64,000 bases of DNA from an uncultured Verrucomicrobiae bacterium (GCA_963801815.1 CAWDGJ010000003.1:64001-128000); one strand, 5' to 3'; counted from the first letter of the stretch, positions 40,407-51,509 are shown. Made by a program: numbers and translations. The notes: a model not told the origin generated them from the letters alone.

Positions 40407-43400
40407 AACGCGTCCTTCAACATCCTCCCGAGCCGCCGACCGGTAAAAAATACTGGCGCAGTCTCGGCGATTATAGCAACACCGCGGAGTTCCGGGAGTG
40501 GTTGGAACGCGAATTCCCCGCCGGCGCGTCTGAACTGGACGAGAACGAATGGTCGCGACGCGACTTCATGAAATTGATGGGCGCCTCCATGGCTCTGGCG
40601 GGCCTTGGCCTAACAAGTTGCCGTCGCCCCCAAATGCATCTCGTTCCATTCACCAAAAGCGTGGAGTGGACGATTCCCGGCAAATTTCTCTACTACTCAA
40701 CGGCGATGCCGCGCCGCACCGGCGCAATTCCACTCGTCGCGACAACCATTGACGGCCGGCCGATCAAGCTCGAAGGCAATCCACTGCATCCGGCTTCGTC
40801 GGGAGGCACCGACCTCTTTGCCCAGGCGTCGGTCCTAGATCTCTACGATCCGACGCGTTCGCGCCGGTTCCTGAACAACGGCAAGGAAGCCAAGCGTGCC
40901 GAATTCGACGCTTACGTCGACAAACTGCGCGGGCAGCTCGGGACTGGAGACGGTCTCGCGTTTTTGGTCGAGGAAACGCATTCGCCCACCCGCGAACGAC
41001 TGCGCACGGAACTGGAGAAGGCATTTCCCAAAATGACGTGGTGCGTCTACGAGCCGGCGCTGAGCGACGCTCAAAATTTCGCGACGCGCGTTAGCTTTGG
41101 CGAAAACGTGCGCCTGATCCCGCGATTCGACCGCGCTGACGTGGTCCTCGCGCTCGACAGTGATTTTCTTGATTGCGGCGAAGGCGATCTCGCATCCTCC
41201 CGCGCGTTCACTGCGCGACGTCGTGTGACATCGGCGACCGATTCGATGAACCGTCTCTACGTAGTGGAGAACCGGTTCACGATCACCGGAGCCATGGCAG
41301 ACCATCGACTGCGCTTGCCCGCGAGCCAGATTGGAGTGTTCACTTATCTGCTCGCGGGAAAAATCGGCGCGCTGACGAACGACACCGGCCTTGTCTCGCT
41401 TCTTGGGACGCTGAGCGCGCCAACTGAGACGCCTCAGTTCGACGAACAGTGGCTGACGGAGTTGGCCAAAGACTTGGTTGCGAAATCCGGAGCGAGCATT
41501 GTTTTGACGGGACAGCAACAACCGGTTGCCGTTCAACTGCTCGCTTACGCAATCAACGCCACGCTGAAAAATGTCGGCCGCACTATCCTCGTTCGCGAGT
41601 TCGTGCGAAATCGAAACAACAGGAGCATTTTGCAGTTGGCCGACCGGATAGGCCGTGGCGAAATCAAACAGCTTTTCATCTTTGGTGGCGATCCGGTTTA
41701 TAACGCGCCTCGCGCAGTCGCCCAGGATCCGGACAAGAAATTCTTTGTCGATTGGATCGAGCTGCAAAAGAAAGTGTCCGAAGTAGTGCGGCTTGGTTAT
41801 CACGAGGACCAGACATCGGCAGTCAGTCAGTGGCATGTGCCGATGGCGCACTATTTGGAATCATGGGGCGACGCTGTCGCGGCGGACGGTTCGTATTTGT
41901 CGATCCAACCCATGATTCTGCCGTTGTTTGGCGGGCTCAGCGAGATCGAAATCCTGAACGCGCTGCTGGGCCATCCGAAAGTCGACGGGCCGAAGCTAAT
42001 CCAGGAAACGTTCCGTGCGACCCGGCCGCCAGGCGATTTTCAAACTGCGTGGTCGAAATTTTTGCACGACGGCTTCGCTGCTCATGTCGCGCCGCACGAC
42101 CGGCCGGCAACGTTTAACGTCGGAGCTGCCGGGGGGCCTGCGAAACACCTTTGGTTCGCAGTGCCGGTGCCGACTTCGGAGTCGCCCGAAGTTGTTTTTG
42201 TTCGCAGTTACGCGATGGATGATGGCCGCTACAGCAACAACGGCTGGCTTCAGGAGTTGCCAGACCCAATCACGAAGCTGACCTGGGACAACGGCGCCAT
42301 GATGAGTCCCAACTTCGCCAAGTCACTTGACGTCGAAACCGGGGATCTCATCCAAATTACAATCAACGAAGGCGCTCGCGACGCGAACGATCAACCGATC
42401 CGGCGTGAGCTGGTGATTGCGGCTTTGGTTTCGCCCGGACACGCGGAGAACTCGGTTACGATTTCGCTCGGGTACGGGCGCACGATTGCCGGCCGTGGGC
42501 CGCTCCCGTACGCTGGTGACGATGCCGCGAATAATCCGCCGGCCGGCGATGTTCCAGGTTTCAACGCCTATTTTCTACGCACTGCGGCCAATCCGCATTT
42601 TGTGGTCGCAGATGGAAAGGCGATCGAGAGCATTAAGATTTCGAAAATTGGCAAAAAATATCCGCTTTCGATTACGCAAGACCATTGGAGCATCGAAGGT
42701 CGCGGACTGGTGCGAGAAGCGAAATTGGAAGAATATCGCGAAGACAATAATTTCGTCGACAAATGCGCCGGCATCGATGAGCCGCAGAAATTTTTGCCGT
42801 CAATTTACAGCCATCCGCCGCTGGTGGCACCGCAGCAATGGGGAATGGTGGTTGATCTCAATGTGTGCACCGGTTGCAGCGCGTGCGTGATCGCATGCCA
42901 GTCCGAGAACAACATTCCCGTGGTCGGCAAACTTCAGGTGGCGCACGGCCGCTGGATGCACTGGATCCGGATCGATCGTTACTTCGCGAGTGCCAAACCG
43001 TTCAACGAGGACAACGGCGAATTTCCGCAGGACCCGGAGATGGTACATCAACCGATGATGTGCCAGCACTGTGAGAACGCGCCGTGCGAAACGGTTTGTC
43101 CGGTCAACGCTACGATCCACAGCGAGGATGGATTAAACGTGATGGCTTACAACCGCTGCGTCGGTACACGCTATTGCGCGAACAACTGTCCGTTCAAGGT
43201 GCGCCGATTCAATTTCTTCGATTACAATCAGCGGCCAGTGGGGAGGAGGAAGATCGCCGGGCAATTCGGGATCTATTCGGAATACTTCGCGCCCTTTACC
43301 GACAAAGGCGCGCCCGATACCACCAAGATGCAAAAGAATCCCAACGTCACGGTGCGCATGCGTGGGGTGATGGAGAAATGCACTTACTGCGTGCAACGCA

Positions 43401-43705
43401 TCGAGGAAGCGAAAATCGCCACCCACGCGCGCGTCGGAGCGTCTGACGGCGATCTCCGCATCCCGCGAGACTCATTCACTTCGGCCTGTGCCCAGGCGTG
43501 CCCGCACGAGGCCATTACCTTTGGTGATATCAAGGACCCGGAAAGCAAAATTTCCAAGATGAAAGCAGCCGATCGGAACTACCGGTTGCTCGATTATTTA
43601 AACATCAAAGCGCGGACCAGCTATCTGGCGCGTCTTCGCAATCCGAACCCGAAAATGCCGGACGCACGGAACATCGGCGTGGCAAGCCCGGAGGAGAAAG
43701 CGTGA
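40403..43705 (+). CDS. actB: ACIII molybdopterin-oxidoreductase-like / Fe-S subunit
   Basis: YWRSL, REFP, Tat motif SRRDFMKLMG, LTSC lipobox, KLEGNP.HP, and four Fe-S motifs (CTGCSACVIAC, CQHCENAPCETVC, CVGTRYCANNC, CTYC..CAQAC). Confidence 0.96.
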   Translation: MKRVLQHPPEPPTGKKYWRSLGDYSNTAEFREWLEREFPAGASELDENEWSRRDFMKLMGASMALAGLGLTSCRRPQMHLVPFTKSVEWTIPGKFLYYSTAMPRRTGAIPLVATTIDGRPIKLEGNPLHPASSGGTDLFAQASVLDLYDPTRSRRFLNNGKEAKRAEFDAYVDKLRGQLGTGDGLAFLVEETHSPTRERLRTELEKAFPKMTWCVYEPALSDAQNFATRVSFGENVRLIPRFDRADVVLALDSDFLDCGEGDLASSRAFTARRRVTSATDSMNRLYVVENRFTITGAMADHRLRLPASQIGVFTYLLAGKIGALTNDTGLVSLLGTLSAPTETPQFDEQWLTELAKDLVAKSGASIVLTGQQQPVAVQLLAYAINATLKNVGRTILVREFVRNRNNRSILQLADRIGRGEIKQLFIFGGDPVYNAPRAVAQDPDKKFFVDWIELQKKVSEVVRLGYHEDQTSAVSQWHVPMAHYLESWGDAVAADGSYLSIQPMILPLFGGLSEIEILNALLGHPKVDGPKLIQETFRATRPPGDFQTAWSKFLHDGFAAHVAPHDRPATFNVGAAGGPAKHLWFAVPVPTSESPEVVFVRSYAMDDGRYSNNGWLQELPDPITKLTWDNGAMMSPNFAKSLDVETGDLIQITINEGARDANDQPIRRELVIAALVSPGHAENSVTISLGYGRTIAGRGPLPYAGDDAANNPPAGDVPGFNAYFLRTAANPHFVVADGKAIESIKISKIGKKYPLSITQDHWSIEGRGLVREAKLEEYREDNNFVDKCAGIDEPQKFLPSIYSHPPLVAPQQWGMVVDLNVCTGCSACVIACQSENNIPVVGKLQVAHGRWMHWIRIDRYFASAKPFNEDNGEFPQDPEMVHQPMMCQHCENAPCETVCPVNATIHSEDGLNVMAYNRCVGTRYCANNCPFKVRRFNFFDYNQRPVGRRKIAGQFGIYSEYFAPFTDKGAPDTTKMQKNPNVTVRMRGVMEKCTYCVQRIEEAKIATHARVGASDGDLRIPRDSFTSACAQACPHEAITFGDIKDPESKISKMKAADRNYRLLDYLNIKARTSYLARLRNPNPKMPDARNIGVASPEEKA

Positions 43706-43723
43706 GATGTCGACCTTAACTAG

Positions 43724-45179
43724 ATGATGGAACCAACAGCACCAGAGATGATCCAAGGCGGGGCGACAACCGGCGAACGGTCGCTTGCCCGCGTACCGCT
43801 GGTACTGAATCGCCGGAACTTCAGCTGGATCACCGAGCGCATTTCAGGCGTGGTTGAAGAACGTGCACCGCGGTGGTGGTGGGTTTGTTTCACCATCACC
43901 GGCGCCATCGCGATGTTCGGCTTGTTTTGCATCGGCTACCAAATTTCGACCGGCGTTGGCGTATGGGGGAATAACATTCCGAATCGGATGGGCCTGGGAT
44001 ATTACGAACTTCGTTTTCTGGATCGGTATCGGACACGCCGGCACGCTGATTTCGGCCATTTTGTATTTGTTGCGCCAAAGATGGCGGACTTCCATCAACC
44101 GTTCGGCCGAAGCTATGACGCTTTTCGCGGTGATGTGCGCGGCGATCTTTCCGGGCATTCATGTCGGCCGCGTCTGGATGGCGTGGTATCTCGCTCCGGT
44201 TCCGAATAACTACGGCATCTGGCAGAACTTCCGCAGCCCGCTGATGTGGGACGTTTTCGCGGTCTCAACCTATTTCACGGTCTCGGTGTTATTTTGGTAC
44301 ACCGGACTGATTCCTGACTTGGCGACGCTGCGAGATCGGGCGACCACGAAGATCAAGAAATTTTTGTTCGGCGTTTTCGCATGTGGATGGCGCGGCTCGA
44401 ACCGGAACTGGCGTCATTACGAAATGGCGTATTTGCTTTTGGCGGGCCTTTCCACGCCGCTGGTCTTGTCGGTTCACAGCGTTGTGTCTTTCGACTTCGC
44501 GTCGTCGATCCTGCCAACATGGCACACGACGATCTTCCCGCCCTACTTCGTCGCCGGCGCGATTTTCGGCGGCTTCGCGATGGTATTGACGTTGCTGATC
44601 CCGGCTCGCGCAATTTTCAAGCTACACGACATCATAACGCCGCAGCACATCGATAAAATGGCAAAGATCATTTTGCTGACGGGCTCGTTCGTTACTTACG
44701 CCTATGCGATGGAATTTTTCGTCGCCTGGTACAGCGGTAACGCTTACGAACGTTTCGCGTTCTGGAACCGCGTGCTGGGTCCGTATTGGTGGTACTGGTG
44801 GACGGGCATGTTGTTCTGTAACATGCTTTCTCCGCAGCTTTTCTGGTTCCGTTGGTGCCGGCGCAACATTCTCGTCGTCTACTTCGTTTGCATGTGCGTG
44901 AACGCGGGCATGTGGTTCGAACGTTTCATTATCATCGTCGGCGGATTGCACCGCGATTTCATTCCGTCTTCGTGGGGATTGTTCATCCCAACCTGGGTCG
45001 ACATTTGGACGTTCATCGGCACGCTCGGAATCTTCACGTCGTTGTTCCTTTTGTTCATTCGCTTCCTTCCGATGATCGCAATGTCGGAAGTGAAGATCGT
45101 TTTGCCGGAAGCGGACGCGCATGCGCATTCGCCAAACGGACATCAACCAGCTCAAGCCGGGGGAATGGAGCGCGCATGA
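43724..45179 (+). CDS. actC: ACIII NrfD-like quinol-binding subunit (+1 frameshift near 43982)
   Basis: GVGVWG..IP / [55 protein letters not shown]. Confidence 0.94.
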
Positions 45180-45730
45180 GAACTCCTTACGGGCACGAGG
45201 TCTACGGTATGGCTGCGGAATATCCGAGTCCACACGCCCTTTACGAAGCGGCGAAAATCGTGCGAGACGCCGGTTTCAAACGCTGGGACGTGCATTCACC
45301 ATTTCCGATTCACGGAATGGACGACGCCATGGGACTCGGAAAATCGTGGTTGAGCGCCGTGGTCTTGATCGGCGGAATTTTGGGCATTTCGACTGCGATG
45401 TTCATCGAATTCGGCTCGTCGTGGGGCCTCTATCCGTTGATTGTGCACGGCAAGCCGTACGACTGGAAAGTCGTGCCTGCGTTCTTCCCAATCATGTTCG
45501 AACTGACGGTGCTTTTCTCGGCGTTTGCCGCGTTCTTCGCTGTGCTGATCATGAACGGGCTGCCACGGCCGCATCATCCGATTTTTAACTGGGACCGGTT
45601 TGCTCGTGCCACTAACGACGGGTTTTTCCTCGTGATTGAGGCGCGCGATCCGCGGTTCACCGAAGTCGAAGCGCGCGAATTACTCGAGCGCAGCGGCGGG
45701 GAACACATCACTATCGTGCACGAAGACTGA
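45176..45730 (+). CDS. actD: ACIII subunit D (DUF3341)
   Basis: [34 protein letters not shown]. Confidence 0.94.
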   Translation: MRTPYGHEVYGMAAEYPSPHALYEAAKIVRDAGFKRWDVHSPFPIHGMDDAMGLGKSWLSAVVLIGGILGISTAMFIEFGSSWGLYPLIVHGKPYDWKVVPAFFPIMFELTVLFSAFAAFFAVLIMNGLPRPHHPIFNWDRFARATNDGFFLVIEARDPRFTEVEARELLERSGGEHITIVHED

Positions 45731-45732
45731 TT

Positions 45733-46482
45733 ATGTTGCGCGGCTTCCTCTTAATTTCTTTATTGCTCACGATCGCGGCGGTAGCCGTCCTCGGTTTCCG
45801 TGGCGAAAAAACCACGAATGAGCCCTGGGAAATCTTTCCCGACATGGTGCGGCAAATGAAGGTGCGCGCGCAATCACCGTTGAACTTTTTTGCGGATGGC
45901 CGCGGACCGCGCCTGCCAATCAACGGAACGGTGCCGATCGGTTACGAAATGCCGAAGGCAGAGACGAGTACACCGGCGACGGGGTCGGAATCAATGCCGC
46001 ACGGGTTCAGCATTGGCACGGATTACGTCGACACTGGGAAGATGGGCGCCAATTGGGGAACCGGTATTCCGGTTCCGGTCACGCCGGAGTTGCTTGAACG
46101 AGGTCGCCAGCGTTTCAACATCACTTGCGTGATGTGTCATGGCGCGACCGCGGCTGGAAACGGCATCACGAAACAGTACGGCCTGGCCACGGTGGTGTCG
46201 CTGCAGGACGATCGCATCCGCAAAATGGCTGACGGCGAAATTTTCAACACGGTCACCAACGGCAAGAACACGATGATGGCTTACGGTCCAACGATCATGG
46301 TTGCCGATCGATGGGCGATCATTGCGTATCTGCGTGCGCTGCAACGCAGCCAGGGCGCGACGGTTGCCGATGTGCCGCCGGAACATCGCGCCGATTTGGA
46401 CAAATCGACTGAAACTAAGCCGGCCGAGGGCAAACCTGCTGAAGCAAAACCTGCAGCGAAACCGGAGGCGCCAAAGAAATGA
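45733..46482 (+). CDS. actE: ACIII monoheme cytochrome c subunit
   Basis: FPDM..Q.K, R.P..GTV, CVMCH, TMMAYG, DRWAIIAYLRALQ. Confidence 0.93.
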   Translation: MLRGFLLISLLLTIAAVAVLGFRGEKTTNEPWEIFPDMVRQMKVRAQSPLNFFADGRGPRLPINGTVPIGYEMPKAETSTPATGSESMPHGFSIGTDYVDTGKMGANWGTGIPVPVTPELLERGRQRFNITCVMCHGATAAGNGITKQYGLATVVSLQDDRIRKMADGEIFNTVTNGKNTMMAYGPTIMVADRWAIIAYLRALQRSQGATVADVPPEHRADLDKSTETKPAEGKPAEAKPAAKPEAPKK

Positions 46483-47681
46483 GCGATCGATTGCAGAACG
46501 CGCCGACGCCGGAGGGCGAATATTTCGAGAGTGGACGGTTCGGAGGACTATCGGTGTTGCTCGGAGTGATCGCTTTCGTCGCCCTGGCACTTTGCGGGGC
46601 AGGCGCGGCGATTGATCCGCAGCAGTTCAGCTATTCGTGGCTGTTCGCGTTTGGATTTTTCTTCACCCTGTGCGCGGGCTGCTTCTTCTGGACGATTGTG
46701 CATTACGCGACCGATGCCGGGTGGACGGTCGTCGTCCGCCGTCAGCTCGAAAACATTTCCGTGCTGGTGGCGGTTCTGGCCATTTTCTTCATCCCCATTT
46801 TTCTCCTGCGGCACCACCTCTACGAGTGGATGAACATTCCGCCCGGGAAGGAACCGAACCTCGATTCCAAGCGCGCCTACTTGAATTTAAGCTTCTTCAT
46901 TCTGCGTGCGGTGTTCTTCCTCGGGTTCTTTATCATCGCCTCGCAATTGCTGAGAAGCTTTTCCGTCCGCCAGGACAGGGACGGCAGTCCCCGGTTCACG
47001 ATTTGGCTGCGCAAGGTTTCATTCGTGAGCCTTCCGCTGTTCGCGTTATGTCTGACTTTCGGAGCTTACGATTGGTTGCTCGGTCTGCAGTATCGCTGGT
47101 TCTCGACCATGTTCGGCGTTTACATTTTTGCCGGAGCAGCCGGCAGTTCGATGTCGTTGCTGGTCTTGGTGATCACTGCACTGCGGAAAGCCGGTTATCT
47201 GAAGAATGTCGTCACCCATGAGCATTATCACATCATGGGGAAATGGATGTTCGCTTTCTGCGTTTTCTGGGCCTACATCGGGTTCGGCCAATACATGCTC
47301 ATCTGGTACGCGAACATGCCGGAAGAGACGAATTACTTTCTGGTCCGGAACACCGAATCCTGGTGGTACTTGAGCATGCTGCTGGTCTTTGGCCGCTTCT
47401 TTGGGCCGTTCGTGATCTTGCTTTTGCGCTCGATCAAGAAACATCCGAATCAGCTTTGTTACGTCGCCGTCTGGATCGTGTTCATGCAAATGCTCGACAT
47501 CTATTTGGTTGTGTTACCGGCGCTGCACGGGACCGGAATACACGTGAGCGTGTGGGATCTTGCCGCGCTAATTGCCATGGGCGCGACGCTGGCGTTCGCA
47601 TTTTTGCGCATCGTCGGCAAAACATCGCTCTTTCCAGTACACGATCCGCGTCTGGTGGAATCCTTAAAGTTAGTGAACTAA
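46479..47681 (+). CDS. actF: ACIII membrane subunit F
   Basis: W....RR..E, K..YLN, DW..L...WFSTMFG, FWAYI.F.QYMLIWYANMPEE. Confidence 0.93.
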   Translation: MSDRLQNAPTPEGEYFESGRFGGLSVLLGVIAFVALALCGAGAAIDPQQFSYSWLFAFGFFFTLCAGCFFWTIVHYATDAGWTVVVRRQLENISVLVAVLAIFFIPIFLLRHHLYEWMNIPPGKEPNLDSKRAYLNLSFFILRAVFFLGFFIIASQLLRSFSVRQDRDGSPRFTIWLRKVSFVSLPLFALCLTFGAYDWLLGLQYRWFSTMFGVYIFAGAAGSSMSLLVLVITALRKAGYLKNVVTHEHYHIMGKWMFAFCVFWAYIGFGQYMLIWYANMPEETNYFLVRNTESWWYLSMLLVFGRFFGPFVILLLRSIKKHPNQLCYVAVWIVFMQMLDIYLVVLPALHGTGIHVSVWDLAALIAMGATLAFAFLRIVGKTSLFPVHDPRLVESLKLVN

Positions 47682-47682
47682 A

Positions 47683-48228
47683 ATGGCCGACACCGAACAA
47701 ATTCGCCAGCAAGTGCAATCGCCCGCGCCGTTTTCAACGTGGCTCGGCGTTGTTCTGTTGATGTTTTTGTTCGGAGCGATTTCGATCGCGATCATTGGTC
47801 CGGCGCCACGCGGCGACACGTACGAGCAGCAGCGCGCGCAAAATCGCGAGAAAAAACTCAAGGACCTGCGCGACGAGGACGCGAAAGCATTAACGAGTTA
47901 TGCGTGGATCGACAAAAACAAAGGCACGGTGCGGTTGCCAATTGAGCGCGCGATGGAATTGACGGCTGCCGAACTTGCAAACAAGAAGCCAATAGCGGCT
48001 GGACCGATCGCAACGCCAACGCCGGAAGCCTCAGCTTCACCTGCACCGGCTGCGGCTTCGCCGGCGCCGGCTAGGGCAAGCGACACCCCGAAAACGACCT
48101 CAGTGGCGGGACAGCATTCTGAAGCCCAAGGCCAACCCGCCGCCGCCATAAATCCGCCGTCGGCGCAACCGTCGACTCAACCCGGCGCTAGCGCTGCTCC
48201 GTCCGCGTCACCTTCCACCACACCATAA
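47683..48228 (+). CDS. actG: ActG-like single-TM subunit with an Ala/Pro-rich tail
   Basis: L.SYAWIDK.KG.VRLPIERAMEL motif; position after actF. Confidence 0.75.
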   Translation: MADTEQIRQQVQSPAPFSTWLGVVLLMFLFGAISIAIIGPAPRGDTYEQQRAQNREKKLKDLRDEDAKALTSYAWIDKNKGTVRLPIERAMELTAAELANKKPIAAGPIATPTPEASASPAPAAASPAPARASDTPKTTSVAGQHSEAQGQPAAAINPPSAQPSTQPGASAAPSASPSTTP

Positions 48229-48249
48229 GATGCCGATCCTGCCTAACGA

Positions 48250-49733
48250 ATGACTTCAGCCACTGACATTCCATTAAAGCAACCAACTGTTTCCGCGACG
48301 GCGGGCGACGCCGAACAGTTGGAGCGCGCTTTGATCGACGCTTCCACGCGCGTGCCGGTGTTGATGTTTTACGCGTCGGCGATGGCCTGGCTGCTGATCG
48401 GAACGCTGCTCGCCGGCTTTGTTTCATTCAAATTGCATGCCCCCGACATGTTCTCGAACGTCAGCTTTCTCACATGGGGCCGGATGCGTCCGGTGCATAT
48501 GAACGTGATGGTCTACGGCTGGGCGTCGATGGCCGGCATGGGAACGGCGATCTGGTTGATGGCGCGATTATGTCGAACGACGCTCCGACATCCGTTGCTG
48601 CTCGTTACCGGCATTGGTTTTTGGAATATCGGCGTGCTCGTCGGCGTCATCGCGATTCTGATGGGCTACAGTACGGGATATCAATGGCTCGAGTTTCCCC
48701 GTACGCGGCCGTAATTCTTCTGGTCGCATACGCGCTGATCATTTCCTGGGCCGTGCTGATGTTTCGTTTCCGGCGCGGGGAACAGATTTATATCACGCAA
48801 TGGTATTTGCTCGGCGCGTTTTTGTGGTTCCCATGGCTCTACGCCGCCGCGCAAGCGATGCTCTTCGTTGTTCCGGTGCAAGGTGTCATGCAGGCGGCAG
48901 TGGGCTGGTGGTACGCAAACAATCTGATGTTCTTGTGGCTCGGGGCAATTGCACTCGGCACCGCCTATTACATGATTCCGAAAGTGATCGGCCGTCCGGT
49001 CTACAGCTACCACCTGGCGACGATCGGATTTTGGACTTATGCGCTCTTTTCCAGTTGGACTGGAATGCAGCGCCTTGTCGACGGTCCGTTCCCAGCCTGG
49101 ATGATCACCGCCAGCATCGCCGCCACGATCCTGACCATTATTCCAGTCGCGACCGTCGGACTAAATCATCACATGACGATGCAAGGTTACTTCCCAGTAA
49201 TGCGATATAGCCCAACGCTCCGATTCACCGTGTTCGGCGCGATGGCCTATACGGTGTTCAGCCTTGTCGGCGTGCTGATTTCGCTGCGCTCGACGGCGCG
49301 CTACTTGGACTTTAGCGAAGCAAGCGTCGCCTATTCGCATATTGGTCTCTACGCGTTCTTCACCATGGTAATGTTCGGTTCGATGTATTACATCGTGCCG
49401 AGACTGGTCGGTCGCGAATGGCGCTACGCGACACTGATCAAGCTCCATTTCTGGGCGTCGGCTTACGGCGTCGGCCTGATGTCATTGATGTTGTTGGTGG
49501 GTGGCCTTGCACAAGGTGCGAGCCAGAATGATTCCTCTCTCCCTTTCATCGAGAGCATTCAAAGTGTGCTGCCTTATCTGCGCGGTCTGGTAATCGCGGC
49601 TCTTTTGCTCACGATATCGCATTTCATTTTCGCGTTTCATTTTAGTCTGATGTTGTTTGGGCTTGGCCGCACTTCGACCGTTCCCACGTTCTTGAATCCA
49701 GTCGAAGCGGAAGGAACGGAGACGCACTTATGA
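48250..49733 (+). CDS. cbb3-oxidase subunit I (CcoN) homolog lacking the binuclear-centre ligands (one-base deletion near 48697-48700)
   Basis: CcoN scaffold: LTWGRMRPVH.N, WLEFP, IY..QWY, YYMIPK...RPVYSY.L...GFW, SPTLRF, YYIVPRL, HFW. The ligand sites read WWYANN, WTGMQR and VAYSH. Confidence 0.88.
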
Positions 49734-50656
49734 AGGGATTGCTTCCGTTGTTTCTCGGTGTGTTCGGAACATTCACGTTTTCGTGGGTCGGACTCACTGT
49801 GATCCCGAATCTGCAAATTGGTTCCCTCAATCCGCAAATGGACGAGGAAGGCACCGATATTTATCCGATGCCGCCATCAGGAATGGTTGCGCACGGGCGG
49901 CAGGTTTATGCCGCAAATGGCTGCATCTACTGCCACAGTCAACAACTTCGACCTGATTATGCATCCGCGGACATTGACCGCCTCCGCGATGCGGCCCCTT
50001 CACCTCAGCCGAAATGGGGCGTGCGCCGAAGCGCGCCGCGCGATTACATTTTTGATCGACCAGTTTTGCTCGGAAAGGAAAGAATGGGCCCCGATTTGGC
50101 GAACGTTGGCAAGGCTGCACCGTCAGAGGAAGAAAAGCCCGCAGCTGCGCCCGCCGCAAGCGCCCCCGCGGCCTCGCCGTCCACTGCTCAAGCGCCGGCC
50201 GCGAATTCAGCGCCATCGAAACCAGGCGCTGCCGCGTCGCCTTCGGCATCGCCAACGCCTGCCGCCGCGGCAAGTCCTTCAGCGACGCCGAATCTTAATG
50301 GGGTCCCGCCCCCCTATTCTGAAGCATGGCATCATCGGCATCTTTATGCGCCCCGCAGCATGAATCCGGACACGAGGGATTCAAACATGCCCGCGTATCA
50401 GTTTCTTTACGAGAAACGGCGGATCAGTGGCGAACGTTCTGCAGACGCACTGCAATTGATCGGCGCGGATGCGCCGCCCGCGGGTTGGGAAGTTGTCCCG
50501 ACTTACGACGCCAAATGTCTCGTCGCGTATTTGATGTCACAGGACCAATCGCATCCATTGAAAGAAGTTAAGAGTGCGCCGGGCGCGGCGCCTCCTGCCG
50601 GTTCGCCGGCCGCTTCCGCAGCCGGGTCACCGGCTCAACAGCCCCCAAAGAAATGA
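49730..50656 (+). CDS. CcoO-like monoheme cytochrome c with an Ala/Pro/Ser insertion
   Basis: GRQVY..NGCIYCHSQQLR, LG..R.GPDLA.VG, WH..HLY.PR, SNMPAY.FL. Confidence 0.9.
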   Translation: MKGLLPLFLGVFGTFTFSWVGLTVIPNLQIGSLNPQMDEEGTDIYPMPPSGMVAHGRQVYAANGCIYCHSQQLRPDYASADIDRLRDAAPSPQPKWGVRRSAPRDYIFDRPVLLGKERMGPDLANVGKAAPSEEEKPAAAPAASAPAASPSTAQAPAANSAPSKPGAAASPSASPTPAAAASPSATPNLNGVPPPYSEAWHHRHLYAPRSMNPDTRDSNMPAYQFLYEKRRISGERSADALQLIGADAPPAGWEVVPTYDAKCLVAYLMSQDQSHPLKEVKSAPGAAPPAGSPAASAAGSPAQQPPKK

Positions 50657-50729
50657 ATCGAGCGAGACGAGACGGGCGGAAGGCATGGCAAAGCGGCGAG
50701 GGTAGCCGAAATTTTTCGGGAGAAAAATT

Positions 50730-51506
50730 ATGAACGGCCAACCTCCAAAGTCATCCTCGCTCACTCGCCAGGGAATGGACTATGGCGAGACGGCCGATGT
50801 GCAGGAAGTGCACGCTGCAATTCAGCGCGAAAAGCGCGAACCTCGGGTGGGGCTTGAGCCGCTCTCAATCTGGCTGATCGCCGTTTATGGTCTCGCCATT
50901 TTTGCCGGAGGCGCTTATTTGGGGCGCTACTCCGGAAACTTTTCCGGTGACGGACTCGATCCAATGATGGGCCTACCGCCCGCGAAAAAAGGCGGCGGCG
51001 CACAAGGCGAACAGCAACAAGTCGAACTCTCCCCGCACGATCGCGGCAAGAAGATTTTTTCGGCCAATTGTCAGACTTGTCATCAAGCGAACGGTGAAGG
51101 CGTTCCCGGTCAATATCCACCGCTCGCCGGTTCGGAATTCACGAATGGTGGTTCGCGTCGTATGGCGATGATTGTGCTCAAGGGCTTGCAAGGACCGGTG
51201 AAAGTAAAAGGCCAGCAGTTTGGTAGCGCGGTTATGCAACCGTGGGACAAAACCTTGACCGACCAAAAAATCGCGGACGTTATGACCTACGAGCGCAGTG
51301 AGTGGGGAAATCAAGCTAGTCCGGTCTCAGCCGAGCAAATTGCCGCTTTACGGAAAGAGCTCGCAAGCCATCCGGAATCGTACTCTGAGCACGATATTCT
51401 CGCTGCTCCGGACGAGGATATCCCCGGAGGTGGCGCGCCGGCGGGACAAGCTCCGCCCAAGCCCGGCGAAGTGTCTAAACCAGCACCGCCGAAACCGGGC
51501 GGATAG
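50730..51506 (+). CDS. Membrane-anchored monoheme cytochrome c
   Basis: One TM helix, CQTCHQANG.G.PG.YPPLAGSE, VMQPW, IA.V.TY.R..WGN. Confidence 0.92.
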   Translation: MNGQPPKSSSLTRQGMDYGETADVQEVHAAIQREKREPRVGLEPLSIWLIAVYGLAIFAGGAYLGRYSGNFSGDGLDPMMGLPPAKKGGGAQGEQQQVELSPHDRGKKIFSANCQTCHQANGEGVPGQYPPLAGSEFTNGGSRRMAMIVLKGLQGPVKVKGQQFGSAVMQPWDKTLTDQKIADVMTYERSEWGNQASPVSAEQIAALRKELASHPESYSEHDILAAPDEDIPGGGAPAGQAPPKPGEVSKPAPPKPGG

Positions 51507-51509
51507 TTT

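Noticed and set aside
48250..50656. A functional cbb3 oxidase or a nitric oxide reductase
   Set aside because: The CuB/FeB histidines and the high-spin heme histidine are absent; both enzyme types need them.
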